Shown: positions 1 through 9,965, counted from the first letter of the stretch. The stretch: DNA of 64,000 nt from Bacilli bacterium (GCA_017460175.1 JAFUBO010000005.1:21082-85081); one strand, 5' to 3'. Numbers and translations are program-made. Notes: a model not told the origin generated them from the sequence alone.

Positions 1-603
1 ATGAAAAATCAATTAGTGACATTACCTTCCAAAAAATTAGTAAGTATTTATAGTGATATTTCAGATTATAGAATTTTTATTAACTATTTAATAGATTTGA
101 TTAATGATGAATTACCTTTTTTATATCTTGATAAAGAATTTAAATATAAGATAGAAAATGTTATTGAATTACATAGATTTGATGTTTCGAAAGAAGAAAA
201 GGAATCTATAAATCAAATTATATGTGTGTTAAATACTATAAATGATGATTTTAATCTTTCTTTAAAAGAACAAGAAAAAGTAAAAAAAGATTATTTGGAA
301 TATCAACAAAGTATTAGAAAATTAGTTTTTCATAGTTATGATCAATTGGCTAGTAGCTTAGGATATGATGCTATTGTTATGGCTGCTTTAAAAAATGATT
401 TAAGTTTTATAAAAGAAGATCCATACTTTTTAGCTTCAATGAATTATTTATTAGAAGTTGCGCCTGATGGTTTCTTTGATGAAATAATGCTTAAAAATGC
501 TACTATAAAAACAAGTGAGATAAAAGAAAGTTATAGTTATTTGAATTTAGGTATTAAAGCTAATTCAATAAAAATTTTAAATAAGATAAAGCAAATGCAA
601 TAA
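1..603 (+). CDS. hypothetical protein (possibly 5'-truncated by window edge)
   Basis: Open frame from window start. No recognisable motifs. Lies upstream of a spoVID-like gene, where B. subtilis has ysxE, but no kinase motifs are visible. Confidence 0.35.
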   Translation: MKNQLVTLPSKKLVSIYSDISDYRIFINYLIDLINDELPFLYLDKEFKYKIENVIELHRFDVSKEEKESINQIICVLNTINDDFNLSLKEQEKVKKDYLEYQQSIRKLVFHSYDQLASSLGYDAIVMAALKNDLSFIKEDPYFLASMNYLLEVAPDGFFDEIMLKNATIKTSEIKESYSYLNLGIKANSIKILNKIKQMQ

Positions 604-652
604 GAAGAATATTTATTCTTCTTTTTTCATACTATTTTATAGGAGGAATATT

Positions 653-1330
653 ATGAAAAAGAAAGTATCTTTTAATAAAAAAATTGATTTTCCTACTATG
701 ATAGGAGAAATTTGTGAAATAACATTAGAACCAGATTTAAAATTTATTGATGAATCTAATATAGAAGGTAATTTATTATTATCAGGTAAATATAAAATGA
801 CAGAAGCATCAAGATTAGAGGAAGATTTTAATTATCAAATACCTGTTGAAATTGCATTAACTGAAAAAATTGATTTAAATACTAGTAATATAGAAATATC
901 TGATTTCTATTATGAAATAGAAGAAGAATCTTCAATGATATGTTATATTGAATTAACAGTTGATGGTTTAGAAATAATTGATGATAATGAAGAAGAAAAT
1001 GCTACTATTGATGATAGAGAATGTGATGGTGATAGTGTTTTAGAAAAAGAAATAGAAATACCAATACTTGAAAAAACTAATGAAATAGAAGAGGAAGTAG
1101 AAGAGGTAGTTGATAATGATACAAGAGAAAATATTAATTCGTTATTCTCTAATTTAAATGATGAAAATGAAACTTATGGAACTTTTATTGTTTATATTGT
1201 TAGGCAGAATGAAACTATTAATTCAATAATTGAAAAGTATAATACTACAATAGAAGAATTAGAAAAATATAATGATATTAAAGATGTTAATATTGGTACT
1301 AAATTAATAATACCTTTAGTTAATGAATAA
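653..1330 (+). CDS. spoVID: SpoVID-like sporulation protein (N-terminal SPOCS/DUF3794-like domain, acidic linker, C-terminal LysM)
   Basis: RBS aggagg upstream. The N-terminus (LEPDLKFIDESNIEGNLLLSGKY) resembles the SpoVID/SafA SPOCS region. An E-rich acidic stretch follows. C-terminal LysM motif TYIVRQNETINSIIEKYNTTIEELEKYNDI..GTKLIIP. Confidence 0.5.
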   Translation: MKKKVSFNKKIDFPTMIGEICEITLEPDLKFIDESNIEGNLLLSGKYKMTEASRLEEDFNYQIPVEIALTEKIDLNTSNIEISDFYYEIEEESSMICYIELTVDGLEIIDDNEEENATIDDRECDGDSVLEKEIEIPILEKTNEIEEEVEEVVDNDTRENINSLFSNLNDENETYGTFIVYIVRQNETINSIIEKYNTTIEELEKYNDIKDVNIGTKLIIPLVNE

Positions 1331-1676
1331 TATTTATAACAGGATAGATAAAAGAATTAATTATTTAATGGATTATTATTTAGATTGGCAAGATTATATA
1401 GAAAGATTTTCTTTTCCAAGAATAGATTATTATTATTTAATTAATAATATTAGTTCTTTTTATACTATGCTTAAACTTTCAAAAAAATATTTGAAGAAAT
1501 GGAATAATCAGAATAATAATTATTTCTTTTATACATTGATGTGTATACCTAATAAAATTGAATTTAATTCTAGTTCCTATGAAAATATTTTAAAAATAAA
1601 AAAAGAATTAATGTATAATGAAAAAGTATTTAAATTTATTTTAGAAGAGGATAAAGACTATAAGAAAACAGATTAA
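1323..1676 (+). CDS. hypothetical protein
   Basis: ORF overlaps the previous stop by 8 nt. AT-rich with no motif. Coding status uncertain. Confidence 0.3.
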   Translation: MNNIYNRIDKRINYLMDYYLDWQDYIERFSFPRIDYYYLINNISSFYTMLKLSKKYLKKWNNQNNNYFFYTLMCIPNKIEFNSSSYENILKIKKELMYNEKVFKFILEEDKDYKKTD

Positions 1677-1890
1677 AAGAAATTCAAATAATAAAATAAT
1701 TACATTTATTTTAGTGGTTACAAATATAAGTATTAATAATTGATAAAGGATAATAATTGCATTAATAAAAATAGAAGATAGAAATAAGATATTATTTCTT
1801 CTTTTTTGTTTACAAGTATTACATCTACAAAAGAATTTATGTTTTAAATTCATATTATCACCTAATTTATTTTATTCTAATAAAATTAAT

Positions 1891-1919
1891 TTGTTAATTT
1901 GGTTATATTTTGTTATAAT
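1891..1919 (+). promoter_or_regulatory. sigma-A-type promoter (TTGTTA-17-TATAAT) upstream of rubrerythrin
   Basis: Read directly: ttgtta at 1891-1896, 17-nt spacer, tataat at 1914-1919. Confidence 0.4.
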
Positions 1920-1948
1920 TAGTTTAATATAATGAAAGAGGTAATATT

Positions 1949-2491
1949 ATGGATTTAAAAGGAAGTAAAACAGAACAAAATTTAATGACTGCTTTTGCAG
2001 GAGAAAGTCAAGCTAGAAATAAGTATACTTATTTTGCTAGTAAAGCTAAAAAAGATGGTTATGAACAGATAGCTGCTATATTTGAGGAAACTGCTAATAA
2101 TGAAAAGGAACATGCTAAAATGTGGTTTAAAGAGCTTAATGGTGGAAATGTTCCTTCAACAATAGAAAACTTAAAAGCTGCAGCTGATGGTGAAAACTAT
2201 GAGTGGACAGATATGTATGAAAATTTTGCAAAAGAGGCAGAAGAAGAAGGTTTTGATTTAATAGCTAAAAAATTTAGAATGGTTGGAGAAATTGAAAAAC
2301 ATCATGAAGAAAGATATAGACAGTTATTAAAGAATATAGAAGATGAATTAGTATTTTCTAAGGATGGAGAAAAGATTTGGATTTGTCGTAACTGTGGACA
2401 TATTTGTGTAGGTAAAGAAGCTCCAAAAGTATGTCCAGTATGTGCACATCCACAAAGTTATTTTGAAGTTAAAGCAGATAATTATATGTAA
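1949..2491 (+). CDS. rbr: rubrerythrin
   Basis: Ferritin-like diiron E..H motifs ([18 protein letters not shown]) plus a C-terminal rubredoxin-type CxxC...CxxC (CRNCGH...CPVCAH). Confidence 0.9.
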   Translation: MDLKGSKTEQNLMTAFAGESQARNKYTYFASKAKKDGYEQIAAIFEETANNEKEHAKMWFKELNGGNVPSTIENLKAAADGENYEWTDMYENFAKEAEEEGFDLIAKKFRMVGEIEKHHEERYRQLLKNIEDELVFSKDGEKIWICRNCGHICVGKEAPKVCPVCAHPQSYFEVKADNYM

Positions 2492-2510
2492 AATTCCTTA
2501 GGGAATTTTT

Positions 2511-2873
2511 TTAATTGAAAGCAATTTCTGTTTCAATATTAGTATCATTGATAGATATATATAAAAATATTAAACCAGCTATTAAAACTAAAGTTGTTGC
2601 TATGAATGATAAGTTATCATATTTTGCTTGAGTTTTATTTTTTAAAGATTTTAATGCATCATTTTCAAAATAAATATAAACAAGCACTAAAGTTAAAAAT
2701 ACTAAAGAATTAATTTTTATATATTTATTTTTACTATTATTATTTTTATTTATAAAATAATCTTTTTCATAATAATTAGCTTTATAGGATAAGGCAATTA
2801 TAATTAAATAAATTATCCAAATAAAGTTTTCTGTATCAATTTGTTTAATTCTATTTTGTAAATCATTATTCAT
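2511..2873 (-). CDS. hypothetical small membrane protein
   Basis: Only minus-strand ORF in this interval. Three hydrophobic segments. No homology recognised. Confidence 0.35.
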   Translation of the reverse strand: MNNDLQNRIKQIDTENFIWIIYLIIIALSYKANYYEKDYFINKNNNSKNKYIKINSLVFLTLVLVYIYFENDALKSLKNKTQAKYDNLSFIATTLVLIAGLIFLYISINDTNIETEIAFN

Positions 2874-2925
2874 ATTAAAATATATTGTAATCTGTGTTAT
2901 AATATGTTTGAGTTTTGGAGGTATT

Positions 2926-5097
2926 ATGAAGAAACATGAATTATTAGTTCCTGCTGGTAATATTGATTGTCTATATGAAGCTGTATATAATGGATGCGAT
3001 GCAGTTTATTTAGCGTGTAAAAATTTTGGTGCTAGACGTTTTGCTAATAATTTTACTAATGAAGAAATATTAGAAGCAATAAGATTTTGTCATTTATATG
3101 GAGTTAAAATTTATGTTACTATGAATACTTTAGTTAAAAATAGTGAAGTAGATGCATTTATTGATCAAGCTAGATTTCTACATAAGAATGGTGTAGATGC
3201 TTTAATAGTACAAGATTTTGGAATGATATGTCTTTTAAGAAAAAAATTTCCTAATTTAGAGATTCATGCTTCAACGCAGGCAAATATTTCTTCAAAAGAT
3301 ATTTGTAAATTGTATTACGATTTAGGTGTAAAAAGAGTAGTGTTTTCAAGAGAATTATCTATAGATGAGATAGATAGTATAGATGTTCCTATAGAAAAAG
3401 AGGCTTTTATTCATGGAGCTTTATGTATTTCATATTCAGGATGTTGTTTAATGAGTAGTATGCTGGGTGGAAGAAGTGGAAATAGAGGAGAGTGTGCAGG
3501 TAGTTGTAGGATTCCTTATTCACTTATGGAAAATGATAAAATAATTAAAAATAATAAATATTTGTTAAGTACAAAGGAATTAAATACTTCACCTAAAATA
3601 GATAGATTATTGGATAGTAGTATTTATAGTTTTAAAATTGAAGGTAGAATGAAAAGCCCTTTATATGTTGGTTTTATTACTAATTTTTATAGACATTTAA
3701 TAGATAAAAAAGAATTTGACTTAAAAAATGAGACTGATAAATTAAAAACTATATTTAATAGAGAATTTACTTTAGGTAGAATGTTTAATACAACTGATAA
3801 TGATTTAATGAATATATCTTCTCCTAATCATGTAGGATTAGATATTGGAAAAGTCATAGGTGTGACTAAAAATAAAATTAAAATACAATTAAATAAAGGA
3901 TATGTTTTAAATCAATATGATGCGATTAGATTTAAAAATTCTAATAATGGATTTGTAGTTAATTATTTATATGACAAAAATGATAGATTAATTAATAGTT
4001 CTACTGATATATGTTATGTAGATAATAAAGTTGATCTATTAGAAAATGATATTGTTTCAAAAACACATGATTATCTTTTAGAACAGGAATATTCAAAAAA
4101 AGAAGATAAAAGAAAAATACCTATTACGATTAAAGTAGAAGCATTTGTTGATAAAGAATTAGTTATTGAAGTAGGGGATTCTTTTGATACTATTTCAATG
4201 AAGGGTAGTAAGGTGCAAAAGTCTATTAATTCTCCTATGACTAAAGATAATATAGAGAAACAATTATCTAAACTTGGTAATACTCCATTTATTTGTGATA
4301 ATTTTATTATTAATTGTGATGATAATATATTTATTCAAGTAAAGGAATTGAATGAGATAAGGAGAAATTTAATCGAAAAGTTAATAAATATTCGTCAGGG
4401 TAGAAAAAAAGAATTTATTGAAAATGAATTTAATTTTATAAAAGAAGATTTAAATATAACTGGTATTAAAAATTCATTCTTTGTTAAGAATAAAATTCAA
4501 TTAGAAAAATGTATGTTATATGATAATTCAAGAATATATGTAGATGATATTAATTTATATAATGAATATAAGAATAAGTATAAAGATATATATTATGCTA
4601 TTCCTAGAGAAACTTTTTCTATTAAAGATAGTTTATTAGAAAATAATTTAGTATCTGATTATTGTGATTATAATGGATATAATGTAATTGCTAATTATAC
4701 TTTTAATATTTTTAATATTTATACTTTATATTTTTTGAAGAAATTAGGTATTAAAACTGCATGTTTATCAGTAGAATTAACAGAAGAAGAAATATTAGAT
4801 TTTATTGATTTATATCAAAAAAATATTGGTAAAGAAACTTTTGAAATATTTGGTTATGGAAGAATAGAAAATATGATAATAAAAGGTAATATTATGAATT
4901 TAATTACTAATAAATATGATTATTATTTAGTTGATATTAAAAATAGAAAATTTCCAGTGTACTATGATGGTGTTAATACACATATACTTAATTATGAAAA
5001 GACTAATATAAATATTAATAAATTTAAAAATAGTTGTATAATAAGATATGATTTTTATGATGAAATTGAAAATGATATTATAAAAATAGTTATATAA
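2926..5097 (+). CDS. peptidase U32 family protein (collagenase-like, YhbU/PrtC family), long form
   Basis: N-terminal ELLVPAGN...AVY.G...FGAR.F is the U32 signature, with a Cys-rich segment CISYSGCCLMSS. ATG at 2926 follows a ggagg RBS. The ORF track begins at a TTG at 2908. Confidence 0.85.
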   Translation: MKKHELLVPAGNIDCLYEAVYNGCDAVYLACKNFGARRFANNFTNEEILEAIRFCHLYGVKIYVTMNTLVKNSEVDAFIDQARFLHKNGVDALIVQDFGMICLLRKKFPNLEIHASTQANISSKDICKLYYDLGVKRVVFSRELSIDEIDSIDVPIEKEAFIHGALCISYSGCCLMSSMLGGRSGNRGECAGSCRIPYSLMENDKIIKNNKYLLSTKELNTSPKIDRLLDSSIYSFKIEGRMKSPLYVGFITNFYRHLIDKKEFDLKNETDKLKTIFNREFTLGRMFNTTDNDLMNISSPNHVGLDIGKVIGVTKNKIKIQLNKGYVLNQYDAIRFKNSNNGFVVNYLYDKNDRLINSSTDICYVDNKVDLLENDIVSKTHDYLLEQEYSKKEDKRKIPITIKVEAFVDKELVIEVGDSFDTISMKGSKVQKSINSPMTKDNIEKQLSKLGNTPFICDNFIINCDDNIFIQVKELNEIRRNLIEKLINIRQGRKKEFIENEFNFIKEDLNITGIKNSFFVKNKIQLEKCMLYDNSRIYVDDINLYNEYKNKYKDIYYAIPRETFSIKDSLLENNLVSDYCDYNGYNVIANYTFNIFNIYTLYFLKKLGIKTACLSVELTEEEILDFIDLYQKNIGKETFEIFGYGRIENMIIKGNIMNLITNKYDYYLVDIKNRKFPVYYDGVNTHILNYEKTNININKFKNSCIIRYDFYDEIENDIIKIVI

Positions 5098-5142
5098 AAA
5101 TAAATTATTTTATGTTAAAATAATATTGTAAGGAGTGTTTTT

Positions 5143-5667
5143 ATGAAAGAAATTGACACTAAAAAGGAAAAGAGAAAAATAAAAAATTATATTATTCTTT
5201 TATTATTATTTGTTGCATCATGTTGGTTAGTTTTATATTTATGCCAATTATATAGAATAAATGATGCAGAAAAGAAGAAGATACCTGTAATAGATGGAAT
5301 GATATATGAAATTTATAGTGAAGATTTAGATCACTATGTAGTTGATAATCCTAATACAGTAATATATATGTGTACTGCTAATGATGAGGATTGTAGATTG
5401 TTTGAAAAAAGTTTTAAAAAACTATTAAAAAATTATGATTATAGTGATCAATTAGTATATCTTAATTTAACTGATTTAAATCAAGAGGAATTTGTAGATT
5501 CATTTAATGAAAGATATAATTATAAAAATAAATTAAAAACAAAGTATCCAGCATTTGTATTATTTGAGGATGGTAAAGTAAAGGCAATTTTACAAAATAG
5601 TAATAAAAAAATGGATATAATGAAAGTAAAACAATTTTTAGAAATAAATAAAATAGGAGAAGAATAA
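5143..5667 (+). CDS. membrane-anchored thioredoxin-fold-like hypothetical protein
   Basis: N-terminal TM helix followed by roughly 130 aa that look like an alpha/beta fold. No CxxC motif. Confidence 0.45.
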   Translation: MKEIDTKKEKRKIKNYIILLLLFVASCWLVLYLCQLYRINDAEKKKIPVIDGMIYEIYSEDLDHYVVDNPNTVIYMCTANDEDCRLFEKSFKKLLKNYDYSDQLVYLNLTDLNQEEFVDSFNERYNYKNKLKTKYPAFVLFEDGKVKAILQNSNKKMDIMKVKQFLEINKIGEE

Positions 5668-5690
5668 TCTCCTTTTGTAGTGGAGGAAAT

Positions 5691-6203
5691 ATGAACAATA
5701 TAGTATTATTTGAACCAGAAATACCACAAAATACTGGAAATATAATGAGAACATGTGTAGCTACTGATACAAAGCTACATTTGATTAAACCATTAGGTTT
5801 TGAAATAGATGATGCTCATTTAAAAAGAAGTGGTGTTAATTATATAGATAAATTAGATTATGAAGTATATGATAATTTTGATGAATTTAAATCTAAAAAT
5901 AAAGGAATATATTATTACTTTACTAGATATGGACATAAGCCACATACTAGTTTTGATTATAGTAATAATAGTAATGAAAACTTATACTTTATATTCGGAA
6001 AAGAATCAACAGGTATTCCAAAAGAAATATTAAAGGAAGATTTAGATCATTGTATGAGGATACCTATGACTGATAAAGTTAGAGCTTTGAATGTTTCTAA
6101 TAGTGTAGCTATAGTTATATATGAAGCTTTAAGACAACAAAATTATAATGATTTATTAAGAGAAGAACCTCATAAAGGTAAAGATTTTTTAGAAAGAGAA
6201 TAA
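5691..6203 (+). CDS. trmL: tRNA (cytidine/uridine-2'-O)-methyltransferase TrmL (SpoU/TrmH fold)
   Basis: FEPEIPQNTGNI.R.C... and the C-terminal SpoU knot motifs (FGKESTGIP, IPM...RALNVSNSVAI). Confidence 0.8.
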   Translation: MNNIVLFEPEIPQNTGNIMRTCVATDTKLHLIKPLGFEIDDAHLKRSGVNYIDKLDYEVYDNFDEFKSKNKGIYYYFTRYGHKPHTSFDYSNNSNENLYFIFGKESTGIPKEILKEDLDHCMRIPMTDKVRALNVSNSVAIVIYEALRQQNYNDLLREEPHKGKDFLERE

Positions 6204-6219
6204 TAATTTTCTTTTTTTT

Positions 6220-6249
6220 GTATTAAAATAATAATATTTTTCCATAACT
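6220..6249 (+). promoter_or_regulatory. possible forespore sigma-F/G-type promoter upstream of sigG (GTATT-18-CATAACT)
   Basis: gtatt at 6220-6224 and cataact at 6243-6249. Only an approximate match to the GYATA-N17/18-CATNNTA consensus. Confidence 0.25.
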
Positions 6250-6264
6250 TTCTTGGAGGATAAT

Positions 6265-7038
6265 ATGGGAAAATATAAAGTAGAAATTAGTGGAAAAAAA
6301 ACAAGTGAACTAAGTAAATTGAGTAATGAGGAAATGAATAAATTATTTAAAAAGATTTCTGAAGGTGATTTAGAGTCTAGGGAAATACTTATTAATGGTA
6401 ATTTAAAATTAGTATTATCGGTATTAAAGAAATTTTATAATAAAGCAGATAATTTAGATGATTTATTTCAAATAGGTTGTATTGGATTAATTAAAGCAAT
6501 TGATAATTTTGATTTAAGTTATAATGTAAGATTTTCTACTTATGCAGTTCCGATGATATTGGGTGAAATAAAAAGATATATAAGAGATAATAATAGTATT
6601 AGGATAAGTAGATCATTAAAAGATATTGCTTATAAGACATTAAAATATAAAGAAGATTATTATAGAGAAAATGGAAAAGAACCGGATATTTCATTAATTG
6701 CTAAAGAACTTAATTGTTCTGAATTTGATATTAGTAATGCACTTCAGGCTTTAAAGGATCCTATAAGTATGTATGAAGCAATTTATAATGATGGTGGGGA
6801 TACAATTTATTTATATGATCAAATAGAAGATAAGGCTAATAATACTGATATATCAAATAGATTAGCAGTTCAAAATGCGATAGATGATTTAGAAAAACGT
6901 GAAAAATATATTTTGGATGAAAGATTTATTATTGGAAAATCACAAATGGAAATAGCTAAAGAATTATCTATTAGTCAAGCACAAGTTTCTCGCTTAGAAA
7001 AAAAAGCTATAAAACAATTAAAAAAGGTATTAAGATAA
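6265..7038 (+). CDS. sigG: sporulation sigma factor SigG (sigma-70 family, forespore late)
   Basis: Near-colinear with B. subtilis SigG: KVEISG, LKNEEM.KLF, LVNGNLRLVLSV, FDLSYNVRFSTYAVPMI.GEI.RY.RDNN.IR.SRS, ISQAQVSRLEK. ATG at 6265 follows ggagg. Confidence 0.85.
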   Translation: MGKYKVEISGKKTSELSKLSNEEMNKLFKKISEGDLESREILINGNLKLVLSVLKKFYNKADNLDDLFQIGCIGLIKAIDNFDLSYNVRFSTYAVPMILGEIKRYIRDNNSIRISRSLKDIAYKTLKYKEDYYRENGKEPDISLIAKELNCSEFDISNALQALKDPISMYEAIYNDGGDTIYLYDQIEDKANNTDISNRLAVQNAIDDLEKREKYILDERFIIGKSQMEIAKELSISQAQVSRLEKKAIKQLKKVLR

Positions 7039-7071
7039 AATAATTTTCATAAAATTAATTAGGTGATTTAA

Positions 7072-7296
7072 TTGAGAATGTCTGATTTACAAGCTAAAAA
7101 AATTATTAATATTTCTACTGGTAGAAATATTGGTAATATTGTGGATATAAATATTAATGATAATGGAGTAGTTGATTCTTTGATGATAGAACAATCTAGG
7201 AATATTTTTTCTTTAAATAGAGAAAGTGATATGAGAATTTATTGGAATGATATTACAAAAATAGGGGAAGATGTAATATTAGTAAAAAAAGATTAA
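7072..7296 (+). CDS. ylmC: YlmC/YmxH family sporulation protein (PRC-barrel)
   Basis: 74 aa with the family signature DL..K.IIN...G..IG.I.D..ID..G.V. Immediately downstream of sigG, as in Bacilli and Clostridia. Confidence 0.8.
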   Translation: MRMSDLQAKKIINISTGRNIGNIVDININDNGVVDSLMIEQSRNIFSLNRESDMRIYWNDITKIGEDVILVKKD

Positions 7297-7298
7297 AA

Positions 7299-7949
7299 AC
7301 TAAGTTTTTTACTGGTATTATTTTTGTTTTTGTAATATCATTTTTTTGTCTTTTTTTAATTGATAAAAGAATTAATAAAGTATTAGAACCATATATAAAT
7401 GTAGAAGTAGAAAGATTAGTTAATAATGTTGTAGTTAAAATTATTAATGAAAAAGTAAAAGGTATTAATATAGATGACATTATAATTAATAATAATTCTA
7501 ATGAGTTTTATGATACTACTAAAATAAATTTACTTGAAAAAGAAATAGATGATGCTTTACAAGAAGAAATAATTAAAATAGATGATGGAAAAATAGATGA
7601 TATTTTTATACCTGAAAGAATAAAAAAAAGTAAATTTAAAAAAGTTAAAAATGGTATTTTATGTGATGTTAGTATAGGTTCAATTCGTAATTCTACTTTA
7701 TTTGCTAATGTAGGTCCAGTGATTCCAATTAAACTTACATTTAGTAGTCAATTAAATTCAAATATTGATATAGATATCAAGGAATATGGGATAAATAATG
7801 TAATAGTTGAAGTATATTATGTTGGAGAATTTTATGAACAAATTACTATGCCTATGACTTCAAAAAGAAGAAAGATTGTTGTTAAAAAACCAGTATTAAT
7901 AAATATAATAAAAGGAAAAATCCCTGATTATTATATGGGACATACTTAA
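7299..7949 (+). CDS. yunB: sporulation protein YunB
   Basis: Frame is open from 7251. It encodes an N-terminal TM helix (FTGIIFVFVISFFCLFLI) and a YunB-like core through the 7719-7949 ORF. No in-frame ATG, GTG or TTG lies upstream of 7719, so the true start is non-canonical or there is a frameshift. The 5' boundary is approximate. Confidence 0.5.
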   Translation, partial: TKFFTGIIFVFVISFFCLFLIDKRINKVLEPYINVEVERLVNNVVVKIINEKVKGINIDDIIINNNSNEFYDTTKINLLEKEIDDALQEEIIKIDDGKIDDIFIPERIKKSKFKKVKNGILCDVSIGSIRNSTLFANVGPVIPIKLTFSSQLNSNIDIDIKEYGINNVIVEVYYVGEFYEQITMPMTSKRRKIVVKKPVLINIIKGKIPDYYMGHT

Positions 7950-8001
7950 AATAATTTAATTAGTATTTAATATATGCTATAATTATAATGAGGTGTTTGT
8001 A

Positions 8002-8280
8002 ATGAAAAATGTAATACTAAATGGAGTAAAATATGAAATAATAAGAAACGATAAAGATTGTTTTAATAAAGAAGAAGTAGAAGAAAAAATAACAGATTAT
8101 TTTGATCCATATGATTATATATTTGGTGATTATGCATATGAAAAAATAAGACTTAAAGGTTACTATGAAAGTAATAATAAGAATGTTAATAAGATAAATG
8201 ATATAAAAAATTTAGATGATTATATTAAGAATTATTGTAGTTATGGATCAAAGACTTTTTTATTGAAAAAAATAAAATAA
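8002..8280 (+). CDS. YutD-like protein (DUF1027)
   Basis: About 93 aa with DPYDYIFGDYAYEKIRLKGYY, resembling the YutD family. ATG at 8002 follows gaggtg. The track begins at a GTG at 7993. Confidence 0.5.
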   Translation: MKNVILNGVKYEIIRNDKDCFNKEEVEEKITDYFDPYDYIFGDYAYEKIRLKGYYESNNKNVNKINDIKNLDDYIKNYCSYGSKTFLLKKIK

Positions 8281-8348
8281 AATACTTGTAATTATTTGTA
8301 TTTATGTTAAAATTATATTATATGAATAATAAAGGGAGGTAATTACTT

Positions 8349-8618
8349 ATGGATAATCAAGAAAAGAAAATGATGTCAATTGTAGCTGAAGATGGTTCAG
8401 TTGAAGAAGTAGAAGTAATATTAGCTTTTGAATTTAAAGATACTAAAAAAGAATATGTTATATATACAAAAAATGAAAAAGATGAAAATGATAATATAAC
8501 TGTTTATGTTTCAAATGTTGATCGTTCATCTGGAGAACCTAAATTAATGGGTATTGAAGATGAAGAAGAATGGAACAGAGTAAAAGACGTATTACGTGAA
8601 CTATCAAAAGCAGAATAG
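8349..8618 (+). CDS. DUF1292 family protein (YrzB-like)
   Basis: Pattern V.EDG.EEE.EV...FE....EYV.Y...E.DEN....V...E......L..IEDEEEW..V is typical of DUF1292. Strong RBS. Confidence 0.65.
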   Translation: MDNQEKKMMSIVAEDGSVEEVEVILAFEFKDTKKEYVIYTKNEKDENDNITVYVSNVDRSSGEPKLMGIEDEEEWNRVKDVLRELSKAE

Positions 8619-8636
8619 TATAAGGAGGTTTGTCTT

Positions 8637-9929
8637 ATGGCTTTAGACGATATCGAAGTAAAAGATTATGAAAAAATAGTAAAACCAAGTGAAAAATCAG
8701 ATCGTAATTCTATTAAAGTAAAACCATCATCAAAAGAAAATATTGAAAGAAAAATAGAAGAATTGTATTTAGAAGCAATTAAACATATAAAAGATACTTA
8801 TAATAATTATAAAGATTTAAATGAATTGGATAAAATGGAAGAAAAAGTATTAGATTATGCAAAAAAGATTACAGACTTGGAAACACAAGAAAATCTTACA
8901 ATATTACCAAGAGAGACTAATTCTTATTTACATAATGATACTAGAGCAATTAGATTAAAAGATAAGATGATTAAAAATGTATTTGCTAATTGTGCAGGTA
9001 TTTATGGAATAATAGATAATCGATTTGATGAAAAAAATAATACTATTGATATAGAAAAAATTTCTGATGAAAATAAGGCAGAAGTATCAGAAAATGTTGA
9101 AAAAGCAATTACTGAAGAAGAAAAGCCTCTGGATGTAAAAGGTTTTGAATCATTCTTTGAGGAGAGTATGAAAGAAATGGAAGAAAAAGAAAAAATGAAT
9201 AAGATGACTGAAGCAGTTGTAGAAGGTTCTAAGGATCAAGAAAATAACGAAAAAGTTACAATGCCTATAAGTAATTTATTTGCTGAAAAAGAAGAACCAA
9301 TAAGTGTAGATGACATAGATGAATCTATTAGAGGATACATAGATAAACAAGAACAAGATGTTAAAGAAAAAGAGACAATTGAACCAGTTGTAGAAATTCC
9401 TCCTGTAAAAGAAGAAAGAATAGAACCAGTTGTGGAAATTCCTACTGTAAAGGAAGAACAAATTCGTGATGAAGTTATTCCAGTTACAGAAATATCTAAA
9501 GAGGAAAAAGAAGAGGTTAAAGAGGAAGAAAAAGTAGAAGAAAAACCAGTTGCTAGAAGAGCAATTATTTCAGAAAGAATTAAAGCTGTTCTTGAAGAAA
9601 ATAGAAGAAAAGAAGAAGATATTTCTTATATAGAAGTTGAAAAAGAAAAAGCTCTTGAAGAAGAACAACAAAAATTAAATTATAATGCTAAACTTCAAAG
9701 TGATATACAAGAAATGCAACAAAAAATTATAGCAAAAGAAGAAGCAAAAGGTAAAGAATTAGATGCTAAATGTAGTGAGTTAAAAGGTGATGTTCTAAGT
9801 ATTAATGCTAGAAATAGTAAATTAGATAGTGATAATGAAGAACTATATAGTCAATTTGTTGAATTACAACAAATGCTTGATGAAAAAGACGAAGCTGAAT
9901 TTATGGAAGAAATTCAAAAAACAATGTAA
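8637..9929 (+). CDS. acidic coiled-coil protein with internal tandem repeat (function unknown)
   Basis: 430 aa, highly E/K-rich. Carries an IEPVVEIP.VKEE tandem repeat. The C-terminal third looks like a heptad coiled coil. Confidence 0.55.
   Translation: MALDDIEVKDYEKIVKPSEKSDRNSIKVKPSSKENIERKIEELYLEAIKHIKDTYNNYKDLNELDKMEEKVLDYAKKITDLETQENLTILPRETNSYLHNDTRAIRLKDKMIKNVFANCAGIYGIIDNRFDEKNNTIDIEKISDENKAEVSENVEKAITEEEKPLDVKGFESFFEESMKEMEEKEKMNKMTEAVVEGSKDQENNEKVTMPISNLFAEKEEPISVDDIDESIRGYIDKQEQDVKEKETIEPVVEIPPVKEERIEPVVEIPTVKEEQIRDEVIPVTEISKEEKEEVKEEEKVEEKPVARRAIISERIKAVLEENRRKEEDISYIEVEKEKALEEEQQKLNYNAKLQSDIQEMQQKIIAKEEAKGKELDAKCSELKGDVLSINARNSKLDSDNEELYSQFVELQQMLDEKDEAEFMEEIQKTM
9378..9461 (+). 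repeat. 2 x 42-nt in-frame tandem repeat inside CDS 8637..9929
   Basis: attgaaccagttgtagaaattcctcctgtaaaagaagaaaga, then atagaaccagttgtggaaattcctactgtaaaggaagaacaa. Read directly from the sequence. Confidence 0.8.
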
Positions 9930-9954
9930 GAAGGTATATACCTTCTTTTTTTTT
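9930..9954 (+). terminator. rho-independent terminator (gaaggtatataccttc + T9)
   Basis: Perfect 7-bp palindrome with a 2-nt loop, followed by a T-run. Confidence 0.7.
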
Positions 9955-9965
9955 CATATGATTTA

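Noticed and set aside
1641-1853. Minus-strand 70-aa ORF in the 1677-1948 intergenic region
   Set aside because: No RBS, extreme Ile/Leu/Phe composition, and it overlaps a putative terminator and promoter. Likely a non-coding AT-rich spacer.
1901-1935. Possible PerR box upstream of rubrerythrin (ttataattagtttaatataa)
   Set aside because: It only loosely resembles the 7-1-7 TTATAATNATTATAA palindrome. In DNA this AT-rich, such near-matches occur by chance.
9276-9461. Minus-strand 61-aa ORF
   Set aside because: Antisense to the well-supported 8637-9929 CDS. Phe/Tyr-rich translation is typical of reverse-frame A-rich coding DNA.
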